A stretch of DNA of 64,000 nucleotides from contig JAJTYJ010000003.1 of NCBI GenBank assembly GCA_021463485.1, positions 23,292-87,291 on the forward strand, in the 5' to 3' direction. Below the pieces are notes generated by a model, which ran no database searches, was not told the origin of the DNA, and was given only the letters and a program-made list of their open reading frames with translations. The stretch comes from a bacterium (lineage in GTDB: Bacteria > Patescibacteriota > UBA1384 > 2-12-FULL-50-11). The translations under genes were made by a program, and so were the position numbers. Shown here one piece after another: positions 26,141-34,900 of the stretch (position 1 is its first letter; every line of letters begins with the position of its first letter).

Positions 26141-26405
26141 TTTCTCTCGAAACGTTGAACTTAATTTACGAAGGGCCCACTCAACTTGCACCACGCTGGG
26201 TTTGGCTTCCAATCCGTATTACTACGGAAGTTGTGAGCTCTTACCTCACTCTTTTCATCCTTACCCACCAATTGGCGGGCGGTTTGGTTTCTGTGCCACT
26301 TTCCCGTGCCTTGCGACAGCCAGCCGTTAGCTGGAGCGCGTCTCTACGGTGCCCGGACTTTCCTCATGTTAAATAACACGCGATCGTTTCGACTTCGACA
26401 AAAGA
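26141..26405 (-). ncRNA. rnpB: RNase P RNA (bacterial type A), compact ~265 nt
   Basis: Minus strand contains GAGGAAAGUCCGGGCAC (P4 5' strand), GGUAAGAGCUCAC (P10-P12 region), ACAGAAACCAAACCGCC, and terminal helix UCGAAACG/CGUUUCGA (P1); ends approximate. Confidence 0.8.
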
Positions 26406-26419
26406 CTAACAGAATTAAG

Positions 26420-27034
26420 CTATGTTTTCAACCAGTTAAGATACGTTTTTCGGTGTAACGGCGACGGTCCAATCTCGTCAATTTTTCGTTTGTGATTGGC
26501 TGTGCCGTATCCGACGTTAGTTTGCCAATAGTATTGTGGAAAGAAGCGACCGTAGCTTTTCATAAGCTGATCCCGATAAGTTTTGGCGATAATCGAAGCG
26601 GCAGCGACTGGGTAGAAAAGTGAGTCGCCCCGAACTGCACGAATAGTTTTGTATTTTTTGGGCAATCGAACAAAGTCGGTTAGGAAAAGGTCGGCATTAA
26701 TTTTCTCTAGGGCTCTAGCATATGCTAATTCTTGAGCTTTTGTGATCCCAATGCTGTCGATCTCGTCGTTGCTGGCTTGTCCAAGTGATACTTGTTTGGC
26801 GTTGGCAATCAGTAGGGGAGTGAGTTCTGTTCTGGAAATGGCAGATAGCCTTTTCGAATCACAAACGTTCGGCAGCACAACGTTAATCTCGATCGCCGCA
26901 ACGACGATCGGTCCAGCTAACGCACCGCGCCCAACTTCGTCTAAGCCAACAATTCTACTAAATTGATATATGCTTTTTAACTCGTTGATAAACGATGGAT
27001 CGGGGTTAGGCAGCGACTTTTTGCTCGCGCTCAT
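26420..27034 (-). CDS. rnhB: Ribonuclease HII
   Basis: GLDEVGRGALAGPIVVAA and DSKRLS catalytic motifs. Confidence 0.9.
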   Translation of the reverse strand: MSASKKSLPNPDPSFINELKSIYQFSRIVGLDEVGRGALAGPIVVAAIEINVVLPNVCDSKRLSAISRTELTPLLIANAKQVSLGQASNDEIDSIGITKAQELAYARALEKINADLFLTDFVRLPKKYKTIRAVRGDSLFYPVAAASIIAKTYRDQLMKSYGRFFPQYYWQTNVGYGTANHKRKIDEIGPSPLHRKTYLNWLKT

Positions 27035-29849
27035 GTTGTTCTTCCCTCAAGAACCGACCTGTAATCGACTGTTCACACTTAATGATGTCTTCTGGCGTAC
27101 CTTCAGCTACTACTTCGCCGCCTCTTGTTCCGCCGTCTGGACCGAGATCAACGATCCAGTCAGCGCAGCGAATAACGTCAGTGTTATGCTCGATAACAAT
27201 TACGGTATTGCCTTTATCAACTAACTGGTAGAGCACTTGCAGTAAGCGCTGAATGTCTTCGAAGTGAAGACCGGTTGTTGGCTCATCAAGAATATAGAGT
27301 GTTTTACCGGTATCGCGCTTAGCTAATTCAGCGGCAAGTTTAATTCGTTGCGCCTCTCCGCCTGAGAGCGTTGTTGCTGGTTGACCGAGGCGAACGTAAC
27401 CTAATCCAACAGCCTGCAAGATATCAAGTTTTTCTCGAACTTCGATTTGATCCTGAAAGAAGGTGAGCGCTTCGTCGACGGTCATCGCCAAGATATCGCT
27501 AATGTCCTTACCGCGATAACGAATCTCAAGCGTCTCGGTGTTGTAGCGTTTCCCTTTGCACTCGGTACAAGTAACGTAAACGTCTGGCAAGAAGTTCATC
27601 TCAATTTTTATCTGACCGTCGCCGCGACAGTTCTCGCACCGTCCGCCCCGCAGGTTAAAACTAAATCGAGATGGGTCGTATCCACGATCCATCGCCTCTC
27701 TGGTATTGGCGAATAGCTCGCGAATCGGGCCGAGCGCGCTGGTGTAAGTTGCTGGGTTTGAGCGCGGTGTGCGACCGATCGGTGATTGATCGATATTAAT
27801 AATATTGTCGATCGCTTCCATACCTGTTATTTTTTCGTAAGGTGCCGCTTCGTTTGTTGAGCTACGGAAGTGATTCTCAACTGCTATAGCAAGCGTATCT
27901 TCAACTAACGTCGATTTACCCGAACCGGAGACGCCGGTAACACAGATGAGTTTGTTGAGAGGAAAATTGGCGGTGACGTTTTTTAAATTATTCCCTGTCG
28001 CACCGTGGACAGTTAAAACTTGCTCGGCGTGATCGTGTCGGTGTTGCGGGAGGCGAATCAGCTTGCGGTTTGACAGATACTGACCGGTGATCGAGTTGCT
28101 GTCCGCCATCACTTCTTTCGGTGTGCCCTGCGAGATTATCTCGCCGCCCTGTTCGCCGGCTCCTGGTCCCATGTCGATAAGATAGTCTGCTCGAAGCATC
28201 GTCTCTCGATCGTGTTCTACGACTATAACGGTATTGCCGCGCTCCTTAAGCTCCTCGATTGTTTTTAGTAATTTCTCATGATCGCGAGCGTGTAAGCCGA
28301 TCGACGGCTCATCAAGGATATAAACAACACCCGTTAAGCCAGAACCGAGCTGGTTAGCCAAACGAATTCGCTGCGCCTCGCCGCCGGCTAAGGTTGAGCT
28401 GGTGCGATTAAGCGTGAGATACCCCAAGCCGACTTCAAGGAGGTACTCAAGCCGAGAGGTGATTTCTTTTGTGATCGGCTCTGAAATCTTCTGGTCGGCG
28501 CTTACTGTGCTCTTTTGGAGTTTTTTAAAGAACGCCAATGCTTCCTCGATTGTCTGACTGGTAAGATCAATGATATTTTTATCCTCAATTTTAATCGAGA
28601 GCACTTCAATGCGCAGACGCTGGCCGTTACAGACATGGCAGAGTTTCTCGACCATATACTTTTCGATTTCGGCTTTAAGATAGTCTGAGTCAGTCTCCTG
28701 ATATCGGCGTTCAAGGTTCGGTAATACTCCTTCGAATCGATCGTCGTTCTCGCCAGCTTCGCCGTTGAGAATAATATCAAGCGTGTCTTTCGGTAAGTCG
28801 CCGACCGGTGTGTCGAGGCTAAATTTATACTTGACGGATAAATCATGTAGCGCTTTCTGATACCAGCTAGTCTGCGATGTCGTTCGACTCCACGGACGAA
28901 TCGCACCCTCTGCCAGAGTTAAACGGGGATTCGGTAATACCAATTCTGGTTCTGCTACGAGCCGTACCCCTAATCCCTGGCAAGACTGACACGCTCCTTC
29001 AGGGTTATTAAACGAAAAGAGGCGCGGCTCGATGTCGGGGAACTGCCAACCGCATTGATGACAGGCGTACTTTTGGGAGTAAAATCGCTCTTTCTCATTA
29101 ATCGGCGAAACTCCGATGACCAAACCGCTGCCAATTTTTAGCGAGCGCTCGACAGTTTTAAGTAAATCAGCAAAAACTACCTCACGAGACTGATCGTTGC
29201 TGACCGGAAAGTCCATCGAACCAGTTAAAAATTCGATAGTGTGTCGTTTGTTTTTATCGATCGTTAGGCCGATCGCTTCGTCGATGTCCATCTCAACACC
29301 GTCGATGCGTGCCTTCAATACTCCGCTTTTTTTACCTTGTTTAAGATGGTATTTATGTTCGCCTTTACGACCCTGAATAATGACGGCATACAGTTTTACT
29401 TTTAGTGTATCGTCGTTTGTAAATTCTTCTAAAATCAATTTTGCGATCGTTTCGGGATTTTGCTGTTTAACGACGATACCGCATTTCGGGCAGTACGGTT
29501 TGCCGAGTCGCGAGAAAAGCAAGCGGAGAAAGTCATAAATTTCGGTTGTCGTTGCTACTGTTGAACGAGGGTTGCGTGCTGCTGTCTTTTGATCGATCGC
29601 GATTGCTGGGGCAAGCCCGTCGATGTAGTCAAAGTCGGGTTTTTCGATGTCGCTCATAAACTGTCTGACGTACGACGAGAGGCTCTCGACGTAACGGCGC
29701 TGACCTTCAGCGAAAATTGTGTCGAATGCGAGCGAAGATTTCCCAGAACCGGAAAGGCCAGTGATCACTGTGATCTGGTTTTTTGGTATTTCAACGGTGA
29801 GGTTTTTTAGATTGTGGGTTCTGGCGCCAACAACGTGAATTTTTTCCAT
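27006..29849 (-). CDS. uvrA: Excinuclease ABC subunit A (UvrA), full-length, paralog 1
   Basis: Two ABC ATPase modules ([15 protein letters not shown] ; [11 protein letters not shown]), zinc-finger Cys clusters, LSGGEAQRI signatures, 947 aa. Confidence 0.95.
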   Translation of the reverse strand: MEKIHVVGARTHNLKNLTVEIPKNQITVITGLSGSGKSSLAFDTIFAEGQRRYVESLSSYVRQFMSDIEKPDFDYIDGLAPAIAIDQKTAARNPRSTVATTTEIYDFLRLLFSRLGKPYCPKCGIVVKQQNPETIAKLILEEFTNDDTLKVKLYAVIIQGRKGEHKYHLKQGKKSGVLKARIDGVEMDIDEAIGLTIDKNKRHTIEFLTGSMDFPVSNDQSREVVFADLLKTVERSLKIGSGLVIGVSPINEKERFYSQKYACHQCGWQFPDIEPRLFSFNNPEGACQSCQGLGVRLVAEPELVLPNPRLTLAEGAIRPWSRTTSQTSWYQKALHDLSVKYKFSLDTPVGDLPKDTLDIILNGEAGENDDRFEGVLPNLERRYQETDSDYLKAEIEKYMVEKLCHVCNGQRLRIEVLSIKIEDKNIIDLTSQTIEEALAFFKKLQKSTVSADQKISEPITKEITSRLEYLLEVGLGYLTLNRTSSTLAGGEAQRIRLANQLGSGLTGVVYILDEPSIGLHARDHEKLLKTIEELKERGNTVIVVEHDRETMLRADYLIDMGPGAGEQGGEIISQGTPKEVMADSNSITGQYLSNRKLIRLPQHRHDHAEQVLTVHGATGNNLKNVTANFPLNKLICVTGVSGSGKSTLVEDTLAIAVENHFRSSTNEAAPYEKITGMEAIDNIINIDQSPIGRTPRSNPATYTSALGPIRELFANTREAMDRGYDPSRFSFNLRGGRCENCRGDGQIKIEMNFLPDVYVTCTECKGKRYNTETLEIRYRGKDISDILAMTVDEALTFFQDQIEVREKLDILQAVGLGYVRLGQPATTLSGGEAQRIKLAAELAKRDTGKTLYILDEPTTGLHFEDIQRLLQVLYQLVDKGNTVIVIEHNTDVIRCADWIVDLGPDGGTRGGEVVAEGTPEDIIKCEQSITGRFLREEQHEREQKVAA

Positions 29850-29985
29850 AAATATGAACTAGTTTGTGCTGTTGGCAAGTGTAGCATGTTTTACGGTGGT
29901 CATACAAGGGTCTGAGGGTCTTGCAATTTGGTAGCCAACAGTTACAACTGTGAAAGAGAAAAAAGGAGTAATGAAGGAGGAAGTA

Positions 29986-30459
29986 ATGTTAAAAACTGGT
30001 CCGAATGATGGTGTAAGCGGTCCTGGTACAGTTGTCGGCGTTAACGTCGCGCTATCAGGTACGCTGAAAGATCAGAACGATATCGCAGTGTACGGTATGG
30101 TCGACGGCGAAGTAGTCTCAGATAAGTCTGTGACAGTCGGTCAAACCGCTCAAGTAAAGGGTCCTGTTCGCGGTAAGGTAATAACAATCGCCGGCGTGGT
30201 GCGCGGCTCGATCGACGCGTCGGAGAAGCTGGAGATACTTGAGACTGGAAAAGTTTTCGGTAGTATCGCTACTCGCGATTTAGTGGTCCGCTCAGGTGCG
30301 GTGATCGCCGGCAAGGTCGCAATGGGCGCTGACGAAGGCGAAGAACCAGAGATAAAAGCCCCTGAAGATACAGAGCAAAAAGATGAGTCGATCGAACAAT
30401 CGACCGAGCCCGAGGCGCCAGCTCAGGAAACGGCAGAACTAACACCGGACGAGGAGTAA
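29986..30459 (+). CDS. Bactofilin (DUF583 polymer-forming cytoskeletal protein) with acidic C-terminal tail
   Basis: Beta-helical repeats GTLKDQNDIAVYGMVDGEV...VRGSIDASEKLEIL...GAVIAGKV; start chosen at ATG 5 nt after GGAGG (alternatives 29950 GTG, 29971 ATG). Confidence 0.7.
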   Translation: MLKTGPNDGVSGPGTVVGVNVALSGTLKDQNDIAVYGMVDGEVVSDKSVTVGQTAQVKGPVRGKVITIAGVVRGSIDASEKLEILETGKVFGSIATRDLVVRSGAVIAGKVAMGADEGEEPEIKAPEDTEQKDESIEQSTEPEAPAQETAELTPDEE

Positions 30460-30484
30460 TTAGCTGCCATTGGCGGCGAAGTAG

Positions 30485-31213
30485 ATGTACTACTACATCC
30501 TTGAATCCCCATCGAGTCGTGCGATCCGTCAGAATTATCAGCGTTTGCGTGATCTGCTGACGAATTTTGGTATCGCCGGCGAAATGGTAACCGCGAGTCC
30601 GGCTCGTACTCCGGCCGAACTTACGAATATGGGGATCTCAAAGGGATATTCGACAATTGTTGCTGTCGGATCAGACGCTCACATTAATCAAATTGCCACC
30701 TCCTTACTCGGAAGAGCGGTGCTGGGAATTATCCCGATCGGCGCCAGCGACGAAATCGTCGAACTAATCGGCAGTGCCGATATTAAAAGCGCCGCTGAGT
30801 CGCTTAAACAACGCAAGATTAGTTTGCAGCCCACGTTGTTCATCGAACCAGATACACTAGTATTTCTAGATGGTGTAATCGAGACACAGCAGCTTTGCAA
30901 AATCACAATCGTTTGTGACAACAAAGTCCGGATCCACGCCTACTTTAATAAACTTCGTGTTAACCGAAATTTAGAGATTGATCTCGAAAGTACTCACACA
31001 ACAGAAGTTAAGCGGTTCTTGGGTATTTTTGGTCCGACCGCGCAAAGCGTTACTTCAAGAAGCCATTTTCACGGAAAAAACGTTCGTATCGTCACAGACC
31101 CGCCGCTAAAACTGACCGTCGCTGGTGAGGCGGTTGCGACCGCTCCACTCCAGTTACGATACGTCCCCGAGTCCTTGAAACTGATTACCAAACGTGGTAC
31201 AGTTCTTGAGTAA
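30485..31213 (+). CDS. Diacylglycerol kinase catalytic-domain (DAGK_cat/YegS-like) family protein, GGDGT motif degenerate
   Basis: MYYYILESPSS...TIVAVGSDAHINQIA resembles lipid kinase N-terminal NAD-kinase-like fold; motif diverged. Confidence 0.45.
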   Translation: MYYYILESPSSRAIRQNYQRLRDLLTNFGIAGEMVTASPARTPAELTNMGISKGYSTIVAVGSDAHINQIATSLLGRAVLGIIPIGASDEIVELIGSADIKSAAESLKQRKISLQPTLFIEPDTLVFLDGVIETQQLCKITIVCDNKVRIHAYFNKLRVNRNLEIDLESTHTTEVKRFLGIFGPTAQSVTSRSHFHGKNVRIVTDPPLKLTVAGEAVATAPLQLRYVPESLKLITKRGTVLE

Positions 31214-31295
31214 CATGGGTGTCAAGTTTTTACCCAGTGGTAATGTACATTAAACCTCACGAAGTGACGGTAGTTTTGATTGTGGGAGCCTAGCA

Positions 31296-31799
31296 ATAGA
31301 AAAAGAACTTCGAATTAACGAAGAGATAACCGCAGACAAAGTCCACCTGATTATGGAGGACGGACGATCGGCTGGCGACGTCTCGCTCGATCAAGCCCGC
31401 TATCTTGCGGCGCAGTACGATCTAGACCTTGTAGAGATCGCCCCCAAAGCTGTACCTCCGGTCGCGCGTATCCTCGATTACAACAAATACCGTTATCAAC
31501 AAGAGAAACACGCTCGTCAAACTGGTAAGAATACCAAAGGGAACGAGATGAAAGAAGTTAGACTCGGTTTTAAGACCGACGAGCACGATTTAACCACCAA
31601 GGCTAAGCGCGCTAAGCAGTTCCTAGAACAGGGTAACTTCGTTCGTGTCTTCATCACACTCCGCGGTCGTGAGAATATTTTTCCGGACAAAGCTAAGCAA
31701 ACTCTACAGGAGTTTCAACAGCTTGTCGGAGCCACTGCCGAACAACCAATTACCCACATCGGCAATAAAGTCGCCGTTATATTAAAGAATAAGAAATAA
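31296..31799 (+). CDS. infC: Translation initiation factor IF-3, probable non-AUG start (AUA at 31296 after GGGAG; alternatively AUU 31314); track ATG 31353 is internal
   Basis: Conserved IF3 N-terminus INEEITADKVHLIMEDGRSAGDVSL lies upstream of the first ATG in an open frame (open from 31254); IF3 C-domain VRLGFKTDEHDL...FVRVFITLRGRE. Confidence 0.8.
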   Translation: MEKELRINEEITADKVHLIMEDGRSAGDVSLDQARYLAAQYDLDLVEIAPKAVPPVARILDYNKYRYQQEKHARQTGKNTKGNEMKEVRLGFKTDEHDLTTKAKRAKQFLEQGNFVRVFITLRGRENIFPDKAKQTLQEFQQLVGATAEQPITHIGNKVAVILKNKK

Positions 31800-31801
31800 A
31801 G

Positions 31802-31996
31802 ATGCCAAAAATTAAATCCCATAAAGCAGTTACTAAACGATTCCGAACCACCGGGTCTGGATTGTTGGTTGGTCGAAAAATGTCGGTCGCACACCGAGCC
31901 AGGTTCAAATCTAAACGGGCCAAGCAAAACGCCGGTAAGACTTTAGTTGTATCAAACGGGCACGCTAAGAAATTACGAAAGGTTGTAGGTAAGTAA
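31802..31996 (+). CDS. rpmI: 50S ribosomal protein L35
   Basis: [20 protein letters not shown]...; classic infC-rpmI-rplT order. Confidence 0.9.
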   Translation: MPKIKSHKAVTKRFRTTGSGLLVGRKMSVAHRARFKSKRAKQNAGKTLVVSNGHAKKLRKVVGK

Positions 31997-31998
31997 AC

Positions 31999-32358
31999 AT
32001 GGCACGCATTAAACGAGGTCTACAAGTAAAGAAACGTCACAAGAAGCTATTACGGCTAACAAAAGGCTATAAACTCGGCCGGAATAATCTCTTCCGACAA
32101 GCGAAACAAGCGCTACTGAAAGCCGGACAGTTTGCGTATCGCGATCGCCGTAATAAAAAGCGAGACTTTCGCAAGCTCTGGATTGTCCAATTAAACGCTG
32201 CAGCTCGAGTTAACGGCCTAAGCTATAGTAAGCTAATCGCTGGGTTAAATAAGGCCGAGATTACTCTCAACAGAAAAGTGTTAGCAGAATTGTCGATTTC
32301 AGCGCCGGAGCAGTTCGCGGCTATCGCCGAAAAGGCAAAAAAAGCGCTTCAGGATTAG
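31999..32358 (+). CDS. rplT: 50S ribosomal protein L20
   Basis: [80 protein letters not shown]. Confidence 0.95.
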   Translation: MARIKRGLQVKKRHKKLLRLTKGYKLGRNNLFRQAKQALLKAGQFAYRDRRNKKRDFRKLWIVQLNAAARVNGLSYSKLIAGLNKAEITLNRKVLAELSISAPEQFAAIAEKAKKALQD

Positions 32359-33125
32359 TTCCTGCGTCGTCGAAAGATAAAGTTCTTAATTACTAAACCG
32401 ACGCTGTTTCGTTCGATGCGCGGTCCGTGCATCTTCCAAAACAAAATATAAACTAAAACAATTAGTGCAAGGTAGACGAGCGCTTCAACACGACCGTTGC
32501 TACCTGCGAAATCTGCTCGAAGGGTTTTAATTAGTAACTCCCCAAGAAACAGCCCTTCAAGTGCCAGAAAGAAAACTACGCCGTCGCTCAAGCGTTTTGT
32601 TAGCCACGTTCGAAAGAGAAGAACTCCAACGATGATCGCCCAAATCGCGCTGAAAATATCGATCGGAAATACTCCGTTGACTGCCAAAAAGCTGTCAGTC
32701 GGTCGCCCGATCGAACAGGTTGAGAGAAAACAACCAAACTTACCGACTGCCCAAGCAGCGAGCAAACCGAGCGCTGCGATGTCGAGAGACTGCCATACCG
32801 AATCTTTCTCCTTACGAATAAAATAAAGATACGTCAGAAATCCGACGATAATCCCACCGAGTGCGACAAGCCCCCCTTGCCAGAAGTACAATACCTGCCA
32901 AAAGTTCTGGAACTGATTAGAATAAATAAAGTAATACGTCAATCGGGCGCCGATCAACGAGAATAGTAGAGTATAAAGTATGGTGTCAAAAAGGTGGTGC
33001 GTTTTTAGCTTTCGATATTTGGAAGCGCGAAATATTAGTACTCCGCCGATAATCGTGCCAAGGGCAATAAAGGTGCCGAATGAGTAGAACTTGAATCGAC
33101 CGATCTCGAATAGGATTGGGAGCAT
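32355..33125 (-). CDS. lgt: Prolipoprotein diacylglyceryl transferase
   Basis: Polytopic membrane protein with [23 protein letters not shown] start and Lgt signature region [12 protein letters not shown]; start taken at Met15 of track ORF. Confidence 0.7.
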   Translation of the reverse strand: MLPILFEIGRFKFYSFGTFIALGTIIGGVLIFRASKYRKLKTHHLFDTILYTLLFSLIGARLTYYFIYSNQFQNFWQVLYFWQGGLVALGGIIVGFLTYLYFIRKEKDSVWQSLDIAALGLLAAWAVGKFGCFLSTCSIGRPTDSFLAVNGVFPIDIFSAIWAIIVGVLLFRTWLTKRLSDGVVFFLALEGLFLGELLIKTLRADFAGSNGRVEALVYLALIVLVYILFWKMHGPRIERNSVGLVIKNFIFRRRRN

Positions 33126-33210
33126 TACCTTGACAGTATTGCCGATTCTCACCCGCTGGTCAAACAATTTACTCGAGAATTCTAGAAAATACAGGTATAC
33201 TTTTGACCAA

Positions 33211-33282
33211 GCGCGGTTAGCTCAGCGGCAGAGCATTACCTTCACACGGTAGGGGTCAGTGGTTCAAATCCACTACCGCGCA
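33211..33282 (+). tRNA. tRNA-Val (anticodon CAC)
   Basis: GCGCGGTTAGCTCAGCGGCAGAGCATTACCTTCACACGGTAGGGGTCAGTGGTTCAAATCCACTACCGCGCA; loop TTCACAC. Confidence 0.8.
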
Positions 33283-33322
33283 CAATGGTAATACAAATAA
33301 TTTCCGGTACAATTTTTCAGTA

Positions 33323-33862
33323 ATGTCACGATACTCATCGGTATTTGAAGTTTTTCGAGTGATCGCCATCGTTTTTATCTCGGCGGTTATTATTCGCTAC
33401 TTTCTGTTTCAGCCGTTTATCGTTGAAGGATCGAGCATGGAACCAAACTATCACAACAGCGAGTATCTATTTATCGAGAAAGTCTCGTATCGTTTTCGTG
33501 AACCGAAGCGCGGTGAAGTTGTGGTATTCCGGTACCCAAATAACCCGAGCATCAACTACATTAAAAGAATTATCGGAGTACCAGGCGATACTGTTCGAAT
33601 TGAAAACGGGGTCGTTTCCGTTAACGGAAAACAACTTTCTGAAGAATATCTAGAAGAAGGTACAAAAACGATCGTCAATCGATCACCGGATTTGCCGTAT
33701 GAAGTAACGATCCCGAACCATAAATATTTCGTGATGGGCGATAATCGTTCGCACTCGTCAGATTCGCGTGATGGTTGGTTGGTTGATCGTCAGATGATCA
33801 TCGGGCGATCAGCGGCGACGCTTTACACTAATTCTTCGTCTCAATCTCCAGTTACGTTTTAA
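33323..33862 (+). CDS. lepB: Signal peptidase I
   Basis: Catalytic Ser box EGSSMEP, Lys box YIKRIIGVPGD, and GDNRSHSSDSR motif. Confidence 0.9.
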   Translation: MSRYSSVFEVFRVIAIVFISAVIIRYFLFQPFIVEGSSMEPNYHNSEYLFIEKVSYRFREPKRGEVVVFRYPNNPSINYIKRIIGVPGDTVRIENGVVSVNGKQLSEEYLEEGTKTIVNRSPDLPYEVTIPNHKYFVMGDNRSHSSDSRDGWLVDRQMIIGRSAATLYTNSSSQSPVTF

Positions 33863-34896
33863 CGCGGAGTGTGCGTTTGAATCCAGTCTAATATTTGGTT
33901 TATCCCGTCTTTTTTAATAGCTGAGATCGCTACTTGGTCGAAACGAGAGAGGTGTCGGTGGGTTTGTACGTTCGGATTTTCTAATAGATCGGTCTTGTTG
34001 AAGACGACCAGAACTGGTTTACCGAGCTCTTTAGCGTAATAAATTAAATGGAGGTCGCCTCTAGTACTGCCGGCAGTTGAGTCGAGCACAGCAATCACGA
34101 TATCGGCTTGAGTTATTGCTGTTAGTGTTCGTTTAACGCTAAACGCCTCGGGTCCGCGATCAATTTTGCCGCGCCGACGAACTCCGGCGGTATCGGCGAG
34201 AACGTACTCTTGAGCGCCGATCGTTACTTTTTCAGTGACGATATCTCGGGTTGTACCGGCAAGCGGACTAACTACCGCCCGTTGAGTGTTTGTTAATGCG
34301 TTTAATAGTGTAGATTTCCCGACGTTCGGTCTTCCAACTAACGCGATAACTGGCTGTGTGTGGGACGGGATTCTTACGTTTGGTAAATAATGACAAATTG
34401 CTTCTAGTAGATCGCCGGTCCCGCGTCCGCTACTGGCTGAAACTTCATAGTACGGCAGACCGATATCCGATAATCGCTCGAGCTTATGAAGTCTGTCGAT
34501 CGAATCGACTTTATTCGCTACCAGCCAAACGGTTCGCTTTCCTCGGAGTTGGTTAAGGAAGTTCTTATTTCGATCGTGAAGACCGGTTGCGGCGTCGTAC
34601 ACAAAAAGCACTAAATCTGCTTCTTCAGTTGCCTTTTGCATCTGTTCAAAAATCTGTGGCGTCAGCTCAGAATCGTCGTCAACTAAGCCGCCGGTGTCGA
34701 CCAAACTAAAGTACTGTCCTTGCCACTCTACCTCGCCGTACACCCTGTCTCGGGTTGTCGATTCCTCTTTGGCAGTAACAGCTTGCCATGAACCTGTTAA
34801 TCGATTAAAAAGTGAAGATTTTCCGGCGTTTGTTGGTCCGATTAGCGCTACGAGCGGCAAGACCGAGTGATCAGTTGTTGTTGAAAGGTTTTCCAT
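33859..34896 (-). CDS. der: GTPase Der/EngA with two tandem G domains; C-terminal KH-like domain absent
   Basis: G1 ALIGPTNAGKSSLFNRL...DTGGL...ANKVD; G2 IALVGRPNVGKSTLLNAL...DTAGV...FNKTDL; protein ends right after G5 of second G domain. Confidence 0.75.
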   Translation of the reverse strand: MENLSTTTDHSVLPLVALIGPTNAGKSSLFNRLTGSWQAVTAKEESTTRDRVYGEVEWQGQYFSLVDTGGLVDDDSELTPQIFEQMQKATEEADLVLFVYDAATGLHDRNKNFLNQLRGKRTVWLVANKVDSIDRLHKLERLSDIGLPYYEVSASSGRGTGDLLEAICHYLPNVRIPSHTQPVIALVGRPNVGKSTLLNALTNTQRAVVSPLAGTTRDIVTEKVTIGAQEYVLADTAGVRRRGKIDRGPEAFSVKRTLTAITQADIVIAVLDSTAGSTRGDLHLIYYAKELGKPVLVVFNKTDLLENPNVQTHRHLSRFDQVAISAIKKDGINQILDWIQTHTPR

Positions 34897-34900
34897 TAGA

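Noticed and set aside
26128-26376. Plus-strand ORF of 82 aa across the RNase P RNA locus
   Set aside because: The region carries canonical RNase P RNA motifs on the minus strand, so the ORF is spurious.
31353-31799. Track ORF start (ATG 31353) for infC and first-Met start (54891) for ruvC
   Set aside because: Conserved N-terminal protein motifs are encoded upstream of these ATGs in open frames with correctly spaced RBSs, so the ATG starts would truncate essential conserved residues.
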